Notes under the pieces: model-generated
Told to the model about the DNA's origin: nothing
The model's input: the letters and a program-made list of their open reading frames with translations, nothing else
Databases searched by the model: none
Part shown: positions 1 through 13,467 of the stretch, piece by piece
How positions within the stretch are numbered: the stretch's first letter is position 1
How the letters are laid out: every line of letters begins with the position of its first letter
Program-made: the position numbers and the translations under genes
Source of the DNA: Balanoglossus misakiensis
Lineage: Eukaryota; Animalia; Hemichordata
DNA length: 64,000 nt
Direction: 5' to 3'
NCBI GenBank assembly: GCA_040954595.2
Contig: CM082591.2
Span: 4,929,009-4,993,008 of the forward strand

Positions 1-1952
1 GTAGTTTTGAGAAACAAATACAAAGAAAGTAGAACAAATGTGTAATTTACAAATGACAGAATGTAGACTCCTGCCTTGAAGAAATGATTCATACATCAGT
101 TTTATTTTTTTTGGTCCAAAACAAGGAGATGTCCTGTCTGTTTATTATTAATTGAAAAAAATACCGAAAATTATTAATAGCATAATGTCATGACTTGACA
201 CAGGCTGATATAAATGATACAGGCACTCAAGACTTCTCATAAGACATACTTTATGCAAACATATGCAATTTCAATGAAATGTATGATTCAAATGAACTTG
301 ATTCAGAAGAACCAATACTAATGAACAGAAATCAAATAAAAGACATGCAGTACATAGCATTTATGCTGATGAACACTGTGCTTTGCTGAATGAACCAATT
401 ACAGCAGTAATTTTACACTCGTTCAAATGGACCAATCAGATCTTCAGTACCAATATGCTAATGATACTGTGACGCAAAATAAGCCAATCAGATCATATGT
501 ATGGTACACCACATCAGGTTCACATTTGCGCAGTAATGTGCCACAAAAACTAAATCTACATTCACAAAGTATGAAGGAAACTGAAATTGCTAGTATATAG
601 TATATACGCATTATTATTTACACTCCTAAGAAGGAAATAACCCTGAGATGTTGTTAATTATCGTGACAATTTCATTAGATACTATATCCATTTTCAATTG
701 ATACTGTTAATTATACAGGGGCTCTGATACAATATGAGTTATATATTGGTTTACAAATGCGAATTTCTTAAAAGGGGCCGTCACAATTACTTTGTGATAA
801 TGGGTTATTTCTTTGTTGCAGGGTGAATGAAGACCTGCACGGACAAAGCACTGAAATTTATATTCATTGGGCAGAACAAAACCTGCCATGATTTGTCACA
901 AAGAGAAGCAAAATAATAATTATCAAAATATAGTGAGATTTGTCCATTCAGTTATGCTATCAATGTCTCTGAAACTCTTCTTCATGAACCACGACTTTAC
1001 GACGAAAAAAAAAATTAGCGTTGCCAGGAACAGAGGTAAATGACCTGGCTCGCCAGAATGCTTGAACTTTGACCCTGAACACAGACATCAACACATGTGC
1101 ATATTGAGCATTTTATCTGTGTACAGTGTACTAGAAAGATGAGGGTGATTTATTTCACAGAAAAGGATCAAATCATTGGAATATTGCATTATCATTTGAA
1201 ATTCCACTACTGAGCAATCATGGTATCAAAACGGTTACCCCCTGAACACACACCACCAACCATCAGTCAAGGCTAGGGTTAGGGATATGGCTGGAACAAG
1301 TGCATGATGGGTAAAATGTCCAGGGGGTGACAGACCTATAGAACCACACTGACGTTTCCATACCAAATCAGTGTATACTGAATAAATATCTTATTACTCA
1401 CTAGAGCCATAGCTAATAAACATAATTCACCAGTAAAAAATATATCCTAACATACAAACTAAAGAATCAATTATTCAAAATGAATTAAAACTTTTTAATT
1501 CATCAACAGTGACGAAGACACCTGAACAGTCAATGCATGACTTTTGGTCAACAGTCACAATTATCTATACACATTTAAAAATGCATTTTTGTGTTACTTT
1601 GTAGGTAAATTTCACCACAGATTTTTTTCTCAAGACTTTGGGCGCTACCTGAAGTTTTCAGGCACATTGCCTTATAAAATGTTACATCTAAAAATAACAG
1701 TCTTGAAGTCGTAAAAAGCATTATTTTTTTTTAGAAATATCACTGAGTTTTAACTTCATTATTTTTGCTGGGTGGTAAATTTGCTAGCTTTCCTTTCTCA
1801 TAGAAATCTATAATCACAGTGGAAAAGTATGATTCTGCTCAGTTAGAAATCTTGTATGCTCCTCACATTGGAAAAAATACTGAACTCAAAACCCAGTGAA
1901 ATTAATGACTTCACGCTATTATCCTCCCACTGCACTGTTTCCATGGTGATGT

Positions 1953-3894
1953 CTAATCTGAACTTCTGATGTTCCGGCACAGGCAAATTGCTAGAATCAT
2001 ACCAAACAGCTGTTCAGAAAAAAAATAAACGAAAGAGATATACCCAGTTAGAAATTCTCATTGTGAAATATTATTCTTGACACTAGAGGGCGCTATTAGG
2101 CTCAGTTCGAGAGGCAAATTTATTGAACAAAATATTGGTCGACTTTTTAGCAATACACTTTTAAAAACATTAAATTTACTACCGGTATTGGCGTGTTGTA
2201 TTGGTCATCATTCGAACGCCATATGTTTCAATAAAGACAAATAACTTTACTAAACGTATTTTGGAAGACATTACCTGAAGGCAAGCAATTCCGATTCCAA
2301 CACCTCCCAAAATGTAAATTCTTGCATCTACCCAGTCCTTGAAGCTCTCAACACAGCCCTGCAAAAAGTCAATCAATCAATTAATCAACCAACCAACCCA
2401 ATCGATCGATCAATCAATCAGTCAATAAACCAACTAACTAACTAACCAACCAACCAACCAATCAATCAATACATCATCCACGAAGCAATAGAATTATTGA
2501 CATACAATGACAATATCACAATCATGCAAAGTCGTCCAATACGTTTAATGAGAATACAGAATAACCGTATGATCCTGTTGATTGGGGAGTTAGCATACCA
2601 TTTTGGTGGGATCCACACATAAAATTATCATGTTGACCAAAAATGTTTGCACTGTCGAAACAGAGGGCGGTAAACATTTTATTTTCACTAACCTGTGTGT
2701 TCATGTAATCCGTCGCCCACATTGGATTTGTTTTGTCGTAGCATGCTACTCTGTCCTTTGGCTGGCCGCTTTTCAAGCTTTCAATTTGACAACACGAGTC
2801 TGGGTATTCTTCACCATTAGGAGCGTCGGGGTACCATTTGGAAGTCTTGTAATCCTCATAACCGAAAGTTCCACAGCATCCAAACTGCAGAGAGAAAAAC
2901 AAATAGCGCGTTTAATAGCCAAAGTGGGCGATGAGGGCGCTATACTCCCCCCCCCCCCCCCCCTACCTGGTGCTCACAATATTTTTCTAGGGTTTTAAGA
3001 CAGTAAGTGACTACATTTGTCAAGCAAACCAGAGCTACCATCATGTGTTTTTCAAACCAGGTAAGGCATTTGACGTTAAAAAAAATAGAAACCTTAATAC
3101 TCAGTCAACTTACAACCAACTGGCCTTCATTCCAAGCGTCTGTGACTGTTTTTATCTGTCCGTAGTCCTCCTTCAGAGTCTCGTTCATCGTGTCTGTCAC
3201 GTAGCGCTCAATGTCACTACCGTAGATAGACGCCAAGATGCCGGCAGCCAACTCCACCAGGAAAATCAGCAGCAACATGGTGAAGTACTGTGGGAACAAG
3301 AATTTTAAAAATAAAAAATGTCAAAAGGGACAATTAAAATAAAAGTTTCATTTTCAAAATAATATTTTATCGTTGACATGAAGGGGCTCAACTTTCATTG
3401 CAAATCTAACAGTCCCCGTGTACTGGTACAATCCTGATGAAACAACGCGAACAGGTTGCCATGGCTACTTACCATCCCAAGAAGACACCGGCTTTCCTTC
3501 ATGGCGCCGCAACAGCCGCAGAATCCGACGATGAGCACGAAGCCGCCGACACCGATCATGAGGTACGCGGCATTGATGATCAGCGGGTTGTTCAGCACGC
3601 CGATGAACGATTCGCTGTCCACGACGATCCAGATGCCCACAGCAGCCAGTGCAATTCCAGACAACTACAGGGAAAGAAATTCAAAACAGAGTTTATATAC
3701 ATCGAGCGCCCTCCCGCGGCAATTATGAATTTGAACTCAAAGCGAGGCCAATGGGGAAATCCCCTTGTTGTCATTGGTCAACTTTCGTAAGCTGATTGTC
3801 GTTGTTAAAATGGAAATAGCACACTTACCCAGAAGATCAAGTTGAAAACTAACAAAAGTGCTTTTACGCACTTTAGACCACAACTTTCAACCAT
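1953..3894 (-). CDS. Tetraspanin paralog 1 (~254 aa, 6-Cys large extracellular loop, TSPAN1/TSPAN18-like)
   Basis: Six phase-0 GT-AG exons: 3829-3894 (MVESCGLKCVKALLLVFNLIFW), 3473-3664 (..GFCGCCGAMKESRCLLGM), 3114-3287, 2693-2884 (FGCCG..PDSCC), 2275-2358 (GCVESF..), 1953-2009 (LFGMILAICLCRNIRSSD*). Four TM segments plus CCG motif. Confidence 0.95.
2368..2470. repeat. Compound tetranucleotide microsatellite (ATCA/ACCA/ACTA)
   Basis: Runs of aatc, aacc and aact directly visible in the tetraspanin 1 intron. Confidence 0.9.
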
Positions 3895-4146
3895 TTTGAC
3901 TGTCTGTTGCTATGACAATTCTGTGAATGTAAGAAAAAAACGACATTAGAATGCAACAAATTGGGAGACAGACTGCAGATGCTTGTAAAACCTTCACATA
4001 CAACACAATGGTAAGATATTTCGACAAGAAATCCCTAACAAGGGGCTAATTTTGCGGTGAACAGCGGTTGTAGGAAAATAGTAGAAGTACGTACACCTCT
4101 CCCCTGGGCTTTCAGCTTTCCTATCCAATTCTACAGAACAATACTG

Positions 4147-4238
4147 TCAACCCTCTACCCCCAGTTCCCTGAATAGAGGTGCAACTTTACCACAGAAAAC
4201 AATGGATTTGGACCAAACCATGGTGTTGAAAGGGTTGA
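4147..4238 (+). mobile_element. ~84-bp piggyBac-like MITE, degenerate copy
   Basis: tcaa-CCCT..AGGG-ttga ends; internal ccccagttccct..aatggatttggaccaaaccatggtg matches the copy at 27565. Confidence 0.7.
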
Positions 4239-7014
4239 TTAAACAATGATTGTATTGTGTCCAGGGAGGGTGGGAGGCTTGTAGTGATTTATCACTTCTT
4301 GGTGAAGACGACCCGCCAGCCATTTACTTCACATGAATACACAAACTTCGATCCGCACATACCAAACAAGCCAATCATAGTTCACACAATAGGAGACTGT
4401 ACATTCTTTACCAGCGACTTCTGGTTTTACCCCCATTGTAAGAAATTACCCGCAAGATCTGAAGTGGGCTCACTGATTAACAGGTTTTTACTTTAGCGTG
4501 CGGCAATTGAAATACTATATGGTTCAGATGGCATAATTATGTGAATGGGCATTAGGCCTAATGAGTTTGGAAACATCCAGTTGGTAAAAGGTTTTGGAAC
4601 TCCACTACTATTACATTGTATGGCTGTGATTTATGTCCTGGGTAAAATGACTGAAAAACACCAGCAAACAAAACCTATAGGAGACTTTGGTACATTTGTA
4701 GAGGTGATCACATGCACAAAGACCTTGCCCTTTAACAGTCACACCCATAGTGCACTCCTAAAAACACAGCCCCATTCTTTACCTCAACCATTTACATGGT
4801 ACATGCATATTATTCTTCGTTTGAAAAAATCTGAATGAAAGTCAAGGGTACCAAGGAAATTTTTGGATTGCGGGCTTAACACATCTGCCTTTGTTTATCA
4901 GTGCAAATTTTGACGTGGGTGGAATGATTGTTGGCCATTCAATTTTGCTTCACTTTGCATAGGAATTTGATTTCCCAACAGAGTGGGTGTGGCTGGTCTG
5001 ACTCGCAGTCAGTCTTTACAATTCTGTGCCCTCATAATACTTGATAGTAAGGATGAGGAGTGGCTTACATGTACTTTTAGAGTAATAAACCTTAAATTGC
5101 TTAAGTTATGATAAGAACTACATAATTTGTGTGACTTGTTGAATATACCGAGTAAACTTATGAATTCGTTCATTTGTCATTGCTTGTGAGTTTTAGAAAA
5201 TGGGTGGTGTCTAATTTGGATACAGAACTAAAAAATCGCCATGTCGCCAATATTAGTTATACGAATTATTACATGTACAATGTACATTGTTGATCAAGTC
5301 CATCGAAGCAGTATACCAAACATGACACTAGCACAAAAGCCCGAGGGTAAAAACGGTAGACAGTTAAGCCGCATATTGTTATATAAGCTAGCCAAACAAA
5401 TACATACCACTTTTCTATGCGTAAGCTCTTTACAACATCGCTGCAACCCTGCCCTTTTAATTCAATTGGTTAACTCATGCACTCGCATTATTATTATTAT
5501 TATTCTAATTCGATGGTTTTGTTAATGGTCACAATTACACACAGACCTACTGTGCTTGGCTGTCAATTTGTCACAGTAATGGAATGTAATCAATGTTTGG
5601 AATTATTAAAAAAAACATTAATAGAAATGCATAATTGCGGCTCTGTTCGTCAGATGTTGATTAATTTCTGAGGATTAAATCCTGACCGGTTTACTCTCAA
5701 TTACTGGCATGAACTAGGCGTTTCCAACTACAGTGCTTGGTAAGGTAAGGCTACGTTGCTAATATCTGCCACTGCCACACACGACAGAAATCAACTGCAT
5801 TAGTGAAATATAATTTGAGGAATTTTTCTCATCGAATATTATCTCATGTATGGCCAATTTAGGTAGTGTTTGGCATTTATTATTTATCACAGGTAATATT
5901 ATACGCAAGACCACTGCACACATGAATTATTAGCTGTTTCCCTAGTGACTTTTGTGCCCAGCTAAATACGCTCAAGTTACAAATATAGACCAGACTTCGG
6001 TATATAAGTCCCTAGAATATAATAACAGGCACGTGTATCAATTTTTAATGGCGACCTTTTTGGCTGAGTTCGTTATTACAAAAGCAACACCCAGACTAAT
6101 TTCAACCAAATGTCTGTAACATAATTAACCCGTGAAAGATATACCATCTGAACTTCCTGTCCACATGCAAAAATATATTTCAGATTCTGTTGGTGACCAC
6201 CATTTTTAATAAAATTTAATAAATAATGCTGCAAGGTCAGTTTTATTTTTAAATGCTAATTTAGCCAATATGAATCAATTAATTATTGATTTACCATATC
6301 TCATTTCTCATATCGCTCGAAATTGTATTTTGAAATGTTGTAAAAATAGATCAAATGTGGTAGAGGTAATAACATATTTCCAACATATGTTGCCAGAAAA
6401 TATACACGGAACCAAGTTGTTAAATTATATATCCCAGGCCGAAATCTCATTCCTCTGAAATTGATTATTCGCAAACATAGGCCTATTCATCAAATAAAAG
6501 TGAGGTGGCAACATTTTTATGAAATAGAATCTTTATCTACAAAGAACAAATGTTGGAGGTTCATGGTATAAACTATTTTGTACCAACACACAGTATGTAC
6601 GGCATACGTGGGTGTTCTTCAATATGAAGTTACCAAAATAGAAAAAATATGTATTTCTATTATTACTCACCATGACTACATCATTTAAATTTATTGACTA
6701 CACATAAAAACTAGCACACCCCTCATTATTGACAAAAAATACATTTTAATTACATTGTTTTGTTAGTATTGCGCTCAGTTGTTTTCAGTGACAACGGAAA
6801 TATTATTAATATTAAAATCATAAAGATATGTGACATATCATATAACAAGGTGATATTCCCGTGCCTTGCACAGCCTGGCCGTATAATGTAGATTGAGATC
6901 GGTTGTGTTATTGTGCTGGTACCAAGACTAGTCAACATTTCTCTCGGTATAATATCATATCAGGGTTACTGACAAAACATGGCCATATATGGTCTTTTAT
7001 ATTTAGTTATCGAA

Positions 7015-7170
7015 AAACTGTCTAATCTGGAAACCTGTCTATACTGAAGACAATTTCTATTCCCTTTCACATAGAACCACATGTCACACAAACCTCTAGA
7101 AACCAGACACATCTGCAAACCAAAACAAAATATTTTTCAGTCCCTTTTGTGTCCGGTTAATACACTGTAG
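7015..7170. repeat. Dispersed repeat shared with 34615-34750 (probable non-autonomous DNA transposon remnant)
   Basis: ctgtctaatctggaaacctgtctatactgaa here versus ctgtctaatcttgaaacctatctatactgaa at ~34632. Confidence 0.6.
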
Positions 7171-7216
7171 GTGTATGTCTCACATCTCCGCCTTCAATTT
7201 AATTAACTCTTCATTA

Positions 7217-7340
7217 TTACCTGTATAATACACGTACTCAGATGTCTCTATTCAATGTTGTTATAAAGCGTGCACAAACATCCTCGAATGCGTTTCTATA
7301 GGGATAGCGCAGTGTTTCTATGGTTACTTGGTAACAGATA
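7217..7340 (-). other. Possible non-coding 5' exon of tetraspanin 1
   Basis: Minus-strand donor (cag|gtaat at ~7221) plus nearby X-box motifs; the ATG exon has an acceptor at 3921-3923. A second candidate donor lies at ~9908. Confidence 0.35.
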
Positions 7341-7433
7341 TGGTGTCATCTGTTCCGAGTTTCTGAGTGTCAGACAACGCGTAGGCGGGACAAAAAAACA
7401 CCATGATGAACAAAGTGTTACACGGAGCATTAA

Positions 7434-7607
7434 AGGTATACGGTCACCTATACAAATTTAGCCACAGTTACCATGGTAAATCGAGATCTAACCAATCACA
7501 GATTTTCAGTGGGTGGCACACGCGAAAATAAAGTGTCCTTTAGAACACTCAAATACGCCATTTCAACTATATATGGCGATATGTAAATTGGAGGTGACCG
7601 TATACCT
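7434..7607. mobile_element. 174-bp MITE with perfect 16-bp TIRs (Kolobok-like ends)
   Basis: aggtatacggtcacct at 7434-7449 and aggtgaccgtatacct at 7592-7607; TTAA on the left, degenerate on the right. Confidence 0.8.
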
Positions 7608-8000
7608 AACGCCAAAAGGAAGAAAGTGTTCCGAATATATACACACAATCGCTTTGTTTACTTTTCATGTTTGAGGAGCCATCAATAAAGCAATAATGTT
7701 TCCTAATGTATGGAATGTAATACTACTCATTGTGAATTTTCCCGGGCTATTTAATAAAAGGGATATTTATGCCTTGGCAATTTCAAAAGAAAAGATTGAG
7801 GGCAATGACAGATCTCACAATAGCCATATTTATTCACACGATCTTAATTACATAATGATTCCAATGTAAGTTTGTATCCATGCTTTTTCTCATGGATAAT
7901 TTCATTGAATCTTCAGGATCCTTCGCACAAATTAAATGATGTGATCCCCTGAACAAAGAAAGGTTTTGTACAAAACATCCCTCTTTACAAGAGGAAAAGT

Positions 8001-8090
8001 CTAACCCCTTCACCACCGTGGTTTGACCCAAATCCATTGTTTTCTATAGTAAAGTTGGACCTCTACTGGAACTGGGGGTGAAATGAGTAA
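8001..8090 (-). mobile_element. piggyBac-like MITE copy (inverted)
   Basis: Reverse complement of the 27565-27648 element (aaatccattgttttctat..aactgggggtgaaa). Confidence 0.7.
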
Positions 8091-11000
8091 GGTATAATAT
8101 AGCACCGGGAGACGTCTGGAGTTTGGATTTCATAGTTCAAGCAAACATTGTGAGACACACAGACTACTTAAGTGTTCACTATTTAAACACAAGCGTTCGT
8201 TACTTTTCACTTGGCATTTTCCTGGCTGCTCAGTATTTGGATAATACCTTGACAAGTCTGGCTGTAGCCATAACACTATCCCTATTTTATGTTCCTTCTG
8301 TACAACCCCTTGTAATTATGGTTTTAACTAGGTACAACAAAATCCCGCGGCAAATCAAGCGAACAGATGAATGTTTATGACTGCTATTTCACTGAAAACA
8401 ACATGCGGCTGTATCCAACCATGCAATGTTAACACGGCTACAGTGTAACAATTAATGCAACATTTGATGTCATTTAACTTCCTATCAACAGCGTTGCATT
8501 TGCAACATCCCTTGTCAGTGGTTACACAGTTACAACCTGTGGCTACACTGTATCTAGTTTGTAAAGCGAAAGGATAAAATGTAACAACCCTACATACAGT
8601 GTATCTAAATCTAGTTATTGTCATCACCTGTGTGTTTGGCAAGACACTAGAACATATTAGCATATCAATTGCTTCTATTGTTGTGCAAATTTACCATTTA
8701 CCGGAAATTCCCGGGGAGAACACTTAGCAAGTTTCAGTGTGACAGAAAGCTGATCAAATTAACAAAGTCGTGCATTCATAACAAAACCACTCCGGTTGAA
8801 TTACTTCATAAAATATACTGGCGAAATTAACAGCCGACAGTAAAATTTTATAGCGTGCAGACTATTGTGACCTGACCTCATACTGGAATATTTCTAACTA
8901 CATGTATACACAGCTAAGGACACGAACTAAAATAAAAAATACACTGCTTTAAATATTAGAATGCTCTTGAATTACAACTTTAAATTCTTTTTCAATATCT
9001 CCCAGTATGTGCTGGCGCTGTATCTTGATATCCACAGTGACAGCAGTGTTTAAAGTACTACAACTAGTATTAATCATGTCAAAGTAAGGAACTTCAACTT
9101 TACAGAGAAATTACAATGCTAAATTGTAAAACTGACTCCAAAATGTAACATATAGTATACACGATTAAATTAGGCCGACTAACATGTTTTAATGAACCAC
9201 GCTAAACCAGCAGGTAATTCTAGTATTTGTATGATGGTATGTCTGTATATGACGAAACGCCGGGGATTTGCATATATATGCAAGCTAAAACATGCCAGTA
9301 ACATAACACGGATCAATAGGCTGAAACAATATGCGTCTGTGCCCTGAATTTCAAATCCCCGTTGATTCGGCCATGCATGCATTGCTTGACTGTATTTAAC
9401 ATGTTGGATATTGTATTAGTGAAAGCGAGATCCACCCTCCTCCACGAATGTTACGTCATCATGTGAATGTGTTTTAAGACCTAAGTATAATGGCCTATAC
9501 TGGTCCCACGCCCTAAAATTCAGTGGTTTCAATCACATGGATGCCAAATTGGAATGTGTGACACTGTGTAGCTAGCGGGACTGTTGAATAGACGGCCCGT
9601 CAACGGCGTTTGTCCGGATAAATTTGTTCCGACGAGAGATATACACTATCCTGCGCGAGTTGCATATAACTTTCTAAAAAACCGAGTACATGTACATACA
9701 CAGGCCTGTTAGAGTGTTGATAATAATAGCGATTCCAATGGAAACGTGTACCAGCGCACATACCACTGGCTATCATTACAACACGTACATGTACAACCGT
9801 ATTTTTTTTATAAATTACCTGTTGGCAAACTACGTGTGACAGGACAGTGTTTTGTAGCGTGGTCTAGTAGGCAAAATACGCTGTGAAATAGTAAATTGTT
9901 GTACTCACCTGTAAATAAAATGTATACCACTTAACGCACAGAAGCAACGGTTACAGGAATGGTGTCAGGGTGTGGTGTATTCCTGGGTCAATACTTTCGT
10001 CGGCGCGTATTCAAATCACCTGCATCGCTATTGTTATGAAAATATCTCGTCAATGCAAAGTTATTTGCATAACAGTGAAAGCGTAGAGGTGAAAACGGAG
10101 TTCGCCACGAACGGACCTGCGCGTTAAACTGGGATCATGTGATGTACGGTGGAAGGAGTTGTATTGTTATCGAGTAATGGGCCAACGAACTTTCACTGCC
10201 CCCGGTCGTGCGGGGTTCATACGTCATGTTGTGCGGTACCTTTGTGCTGGAAGCGGGCCCACTCTTTTATACCAGCAAGACAAACAGGTGGTTTCTCGAT
10301 TTGCACTGTGATGGCGCGATTTGATCCGAAACCAACAGTGGTTGGCCTGTGAAACTTTCTCTTTTATGAAGTTTCGGAACAGATTAATTACAGTTTAGAT
10401 ATCAACGACTTCCGAGCATCGATTTCTTCGTACCAACCAACTTGCAGAACTTTAACATTTCCGTTTTATTTTCTCCTAACCGACCGTCATACCTACGGAT
10501 GTGATCGCACGATACGCACCTAATGTTCCAAATCTAAATAGTCATACTTTATTCGTAATGTAAAATTATCAAATACACAAAAGACGAAACAATGTTTGCA
10601 TGTGCCAAGAAATCGTAAACTCATAGTTTCCAATCTGTATACTGCAATTATACCTAGCCCTATCTGGCGAACATTACACAAACTAGTCCTTACCTACATA
10701 GTATTGAAATGTCATTGTTGTACAATTTTCACACAAAAAATGCAAAATGATTATTTTGTCCTGTATTGTATACCCAAACCGCATTTCAACGTGTAAAAGA
10801 AAACAAAAAAGTTTTTAATTGTAACAAAATATATGATCAAGTACTTGTTGACTTTGACTTTCAGATTCCACCCACACTGCAAAATGAATTAAATTAGTTT
10901 CCGTTAAATTTATTTACAACAGGATGTCAAGGTTTTGTTTAACGGGAAATTGTTACTGTTCCTTGTGTAATAATGTTCCAAAAGTTAATAAGAATACCCA

Positions 11001-11117
11001 CCCCCTCCAACAGACACACACACTATGAAACAGCAGGCGACAACCGAGCCTTCATGTCAACAAGATGGCGTCAGACTTGGTACAGCTCTTGTCATTGGCT
11101 GATGGTCCATGCTGGAG

Positions 11118-11721
11118 TTAGTACTGTTCTTGCCATTGGCTGATGGTCTGTGTCTGCGCATGTGACTGTTCCATCTCTTGCTCATACGGGTCCTGCGTCT
11201 GCTGTTGTTCTTCCAGTCGATGCTGCGAGTGTCTATGTGATTTTGGCGGCTCATCCGGGTGGACTACGATGTCGTTTATAAAACAAATAAGGGCTATCGC
11301 AACGCAGACGCAAGCCAACTGAAGAAACAATAACAACACACGGTGACGTCAGTAACCATCTCAATTTTTTGCATACAGTGATAGGCATGATTCGATCAAG
11401 TCTCTTAAAAGCCAGTGAATTAAAATTGAACAGTGTTTGCTGGATATTATAGTATAAATTTGATTTCTTTACAATAATTTGTCTGTTATTCGGATTCTCT
11501 GTATACCTACCTGTATCAAGGCGACTGTGATGGCCAGCCCACCGCCAACGTATATATTCTCGTCTACGAATTTCTCAAACAGTGATAGACATCCCTACAG
11601 AATAAATCATATTATATTATTACAAATGTTAAATTAAAAATGACATGATAACCCTGATTTTAATTCCTGCGTTCTGTCCACTAATAGTCAGACTGACTGA
11701 CTGATTGACTGACTAATTACA

Positions 11722-11774
<53 letters not shown>

Positions 11775-11779
11775 CTAAG

Positions 11780-11842
<63 letters not shown>

Positions 11843-11843
11843 T

Positions 11844-11876
<33 letters not shown>

Positions 11877-13467
11877 CACTCACTCACACTCACTCATATC
11901 TATATAAAACAAACTCCTTACGTTTTCAAAATAGAAAGTCGACACGCCGGCATGACACTGTGTTCTGTCTAGAATAGTACCACTGGAATCTTCAACACAA
12001 CAACTATCCGGATAGGCTTCAGGTAGGGTATCAAACAAGGCGACATATTGGAAATCTTGAGGTCCGTTGATACCACAGCACGTACCCTGAGACAAAAAAC
12101 AAACAAACAAATAAACAAACAAACACAAATATACAAATCACAATGGTAAATTATATCAAAACGGAACATCTTTGTGTGTTTGGCATCTTTTGCCTTTAAT
12201 ATTGACCTGTAATTTTGGAACTTTGTGCGCACACCCCCGTGAGCTATGAAACTAGGGGTAGCACCCCCTGTATAAAGCCACCTGGAATTTACCCACCTTT
12301 TGATGCATGTCGTCCCAGGATATAGTGATAGAAGCGACCTCGTCGTACTGCACCAGGGTTTTATTTGCCTCGTTAGCCAGGTAGTCGTGTACATCAGCTG
12401 AGCCCACGTAGAAGACAAATCCGACAGCTACCCATTCCAGGATGAATATCGCCAGCTGAATAGCAACAAACTATCGAACAGAAACAGACATTATGGTAGT
12501 GCGCGCCTCGGGAATAGATTTTCATAAAAATGATAGTCCTTCAAATTGTTTTCTTCTTTTCTACATATACTAGTATTAAGGTGTGTAAGACGCTTTTAGT
12601 AAACAAAACAGAAAACAAGGTATCTACCGCCTTGTTTTCATGAAAATCACTATTTTTAATTTCTTCATAGAATTCACATGATTGGCGGCCATTTTGAATC
12701 TCAACTTTGAGACAAATTTGATGCAGTCCGTGATGCCAGCAACTTGTAATAGTGTAAAGTATCGATGACGGAATTGTTTACAGCGCACAATGCATTGTGG
12801 AACTGGAAACATCCGGTATGTTAGTTGATGGTTGCTATGGGTACTCACCACTCCGAGGGCAATGGTGCTTAGTTGGATGGCCGCGAACAGTGAGAACAAA
12901 GCCAGCAGTATGAGGACGATGCCTATGACGATGATGATGTAGACAGATGCCCGGATGAAGGAGTTGTCCAGTATACGATTGAATGCCGGGAACTCCACCA
13001 GGAGCCATATGCCAACACCGATTAGGATAATTCCAAATATCTGTTGCAAAACACAAGAATCGAACGAAAATATGCACGTCATAAATTCGTATGCTAAGAA
13101 AAGCGAAAGCCTGCAAGACACACGCGTGCACATAACAATTAATTACTGGTATGTCAATGTAAGCAGGTGGAATGGTGTGGTGTAGTTTGGTGCATGTACA
13201 TGGTGTTTTATGGGATGGCATGACATGGTATAATAGGTTTATCAAGTATATACATGTACAGTAAAACTAATCATAATGTATTGCAGTGTTCATGATATCA
13301 CAACAACTCAAAAATACGTCCAATGTCACAACAATTGAAAATAAAAGACAAGACCTTGGTAATTATTCATAAATCATAAAGAGAACGCAAGGATAATTAC
13401 TACTTACAGAAAGAAGTATATTCAGCACAATCAAGGCATACTTCAGACACTCCGTCGAACCCGCCAT
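11118..13467 (-). CDS. Tetraspanin paralog 2, divergent, with long Gln/Glu/His-rich C-terminal tail (~291 aa)
   Basis: Exons 13408-13467 (MAGSTECLKYALIVLNILLS), 12849-13040, 12297-12470, 11922-12086 (GTCCGINGP..PDSCC), 11511-11594, 11118-11318. Phase-0 introns; exon sizes 192/174/84 as in the paralogs. Confidence 0.92.
11688..11895. repeat. Compound microsatellite (GACT)(AAGT)n(AACT)n
   Basis: Directly visible in the tetraspanin 2 intron. Confidence 0.95.

Noticed and set aside
2079-2097. CTCF-like motif cactagagggcgcta (similar motifs at ~22477 and ~27249)
   Set aside because: Isolated short motif matches cannot be distinguished from chance without ChIP data.
12491-12760. Possible transposon remnant (ggtagtgcgcgcctcg..ggcggccattttg), with a similar segment near 58790-58900
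   Set aside because: Could not define both termini or a TSD by eye.
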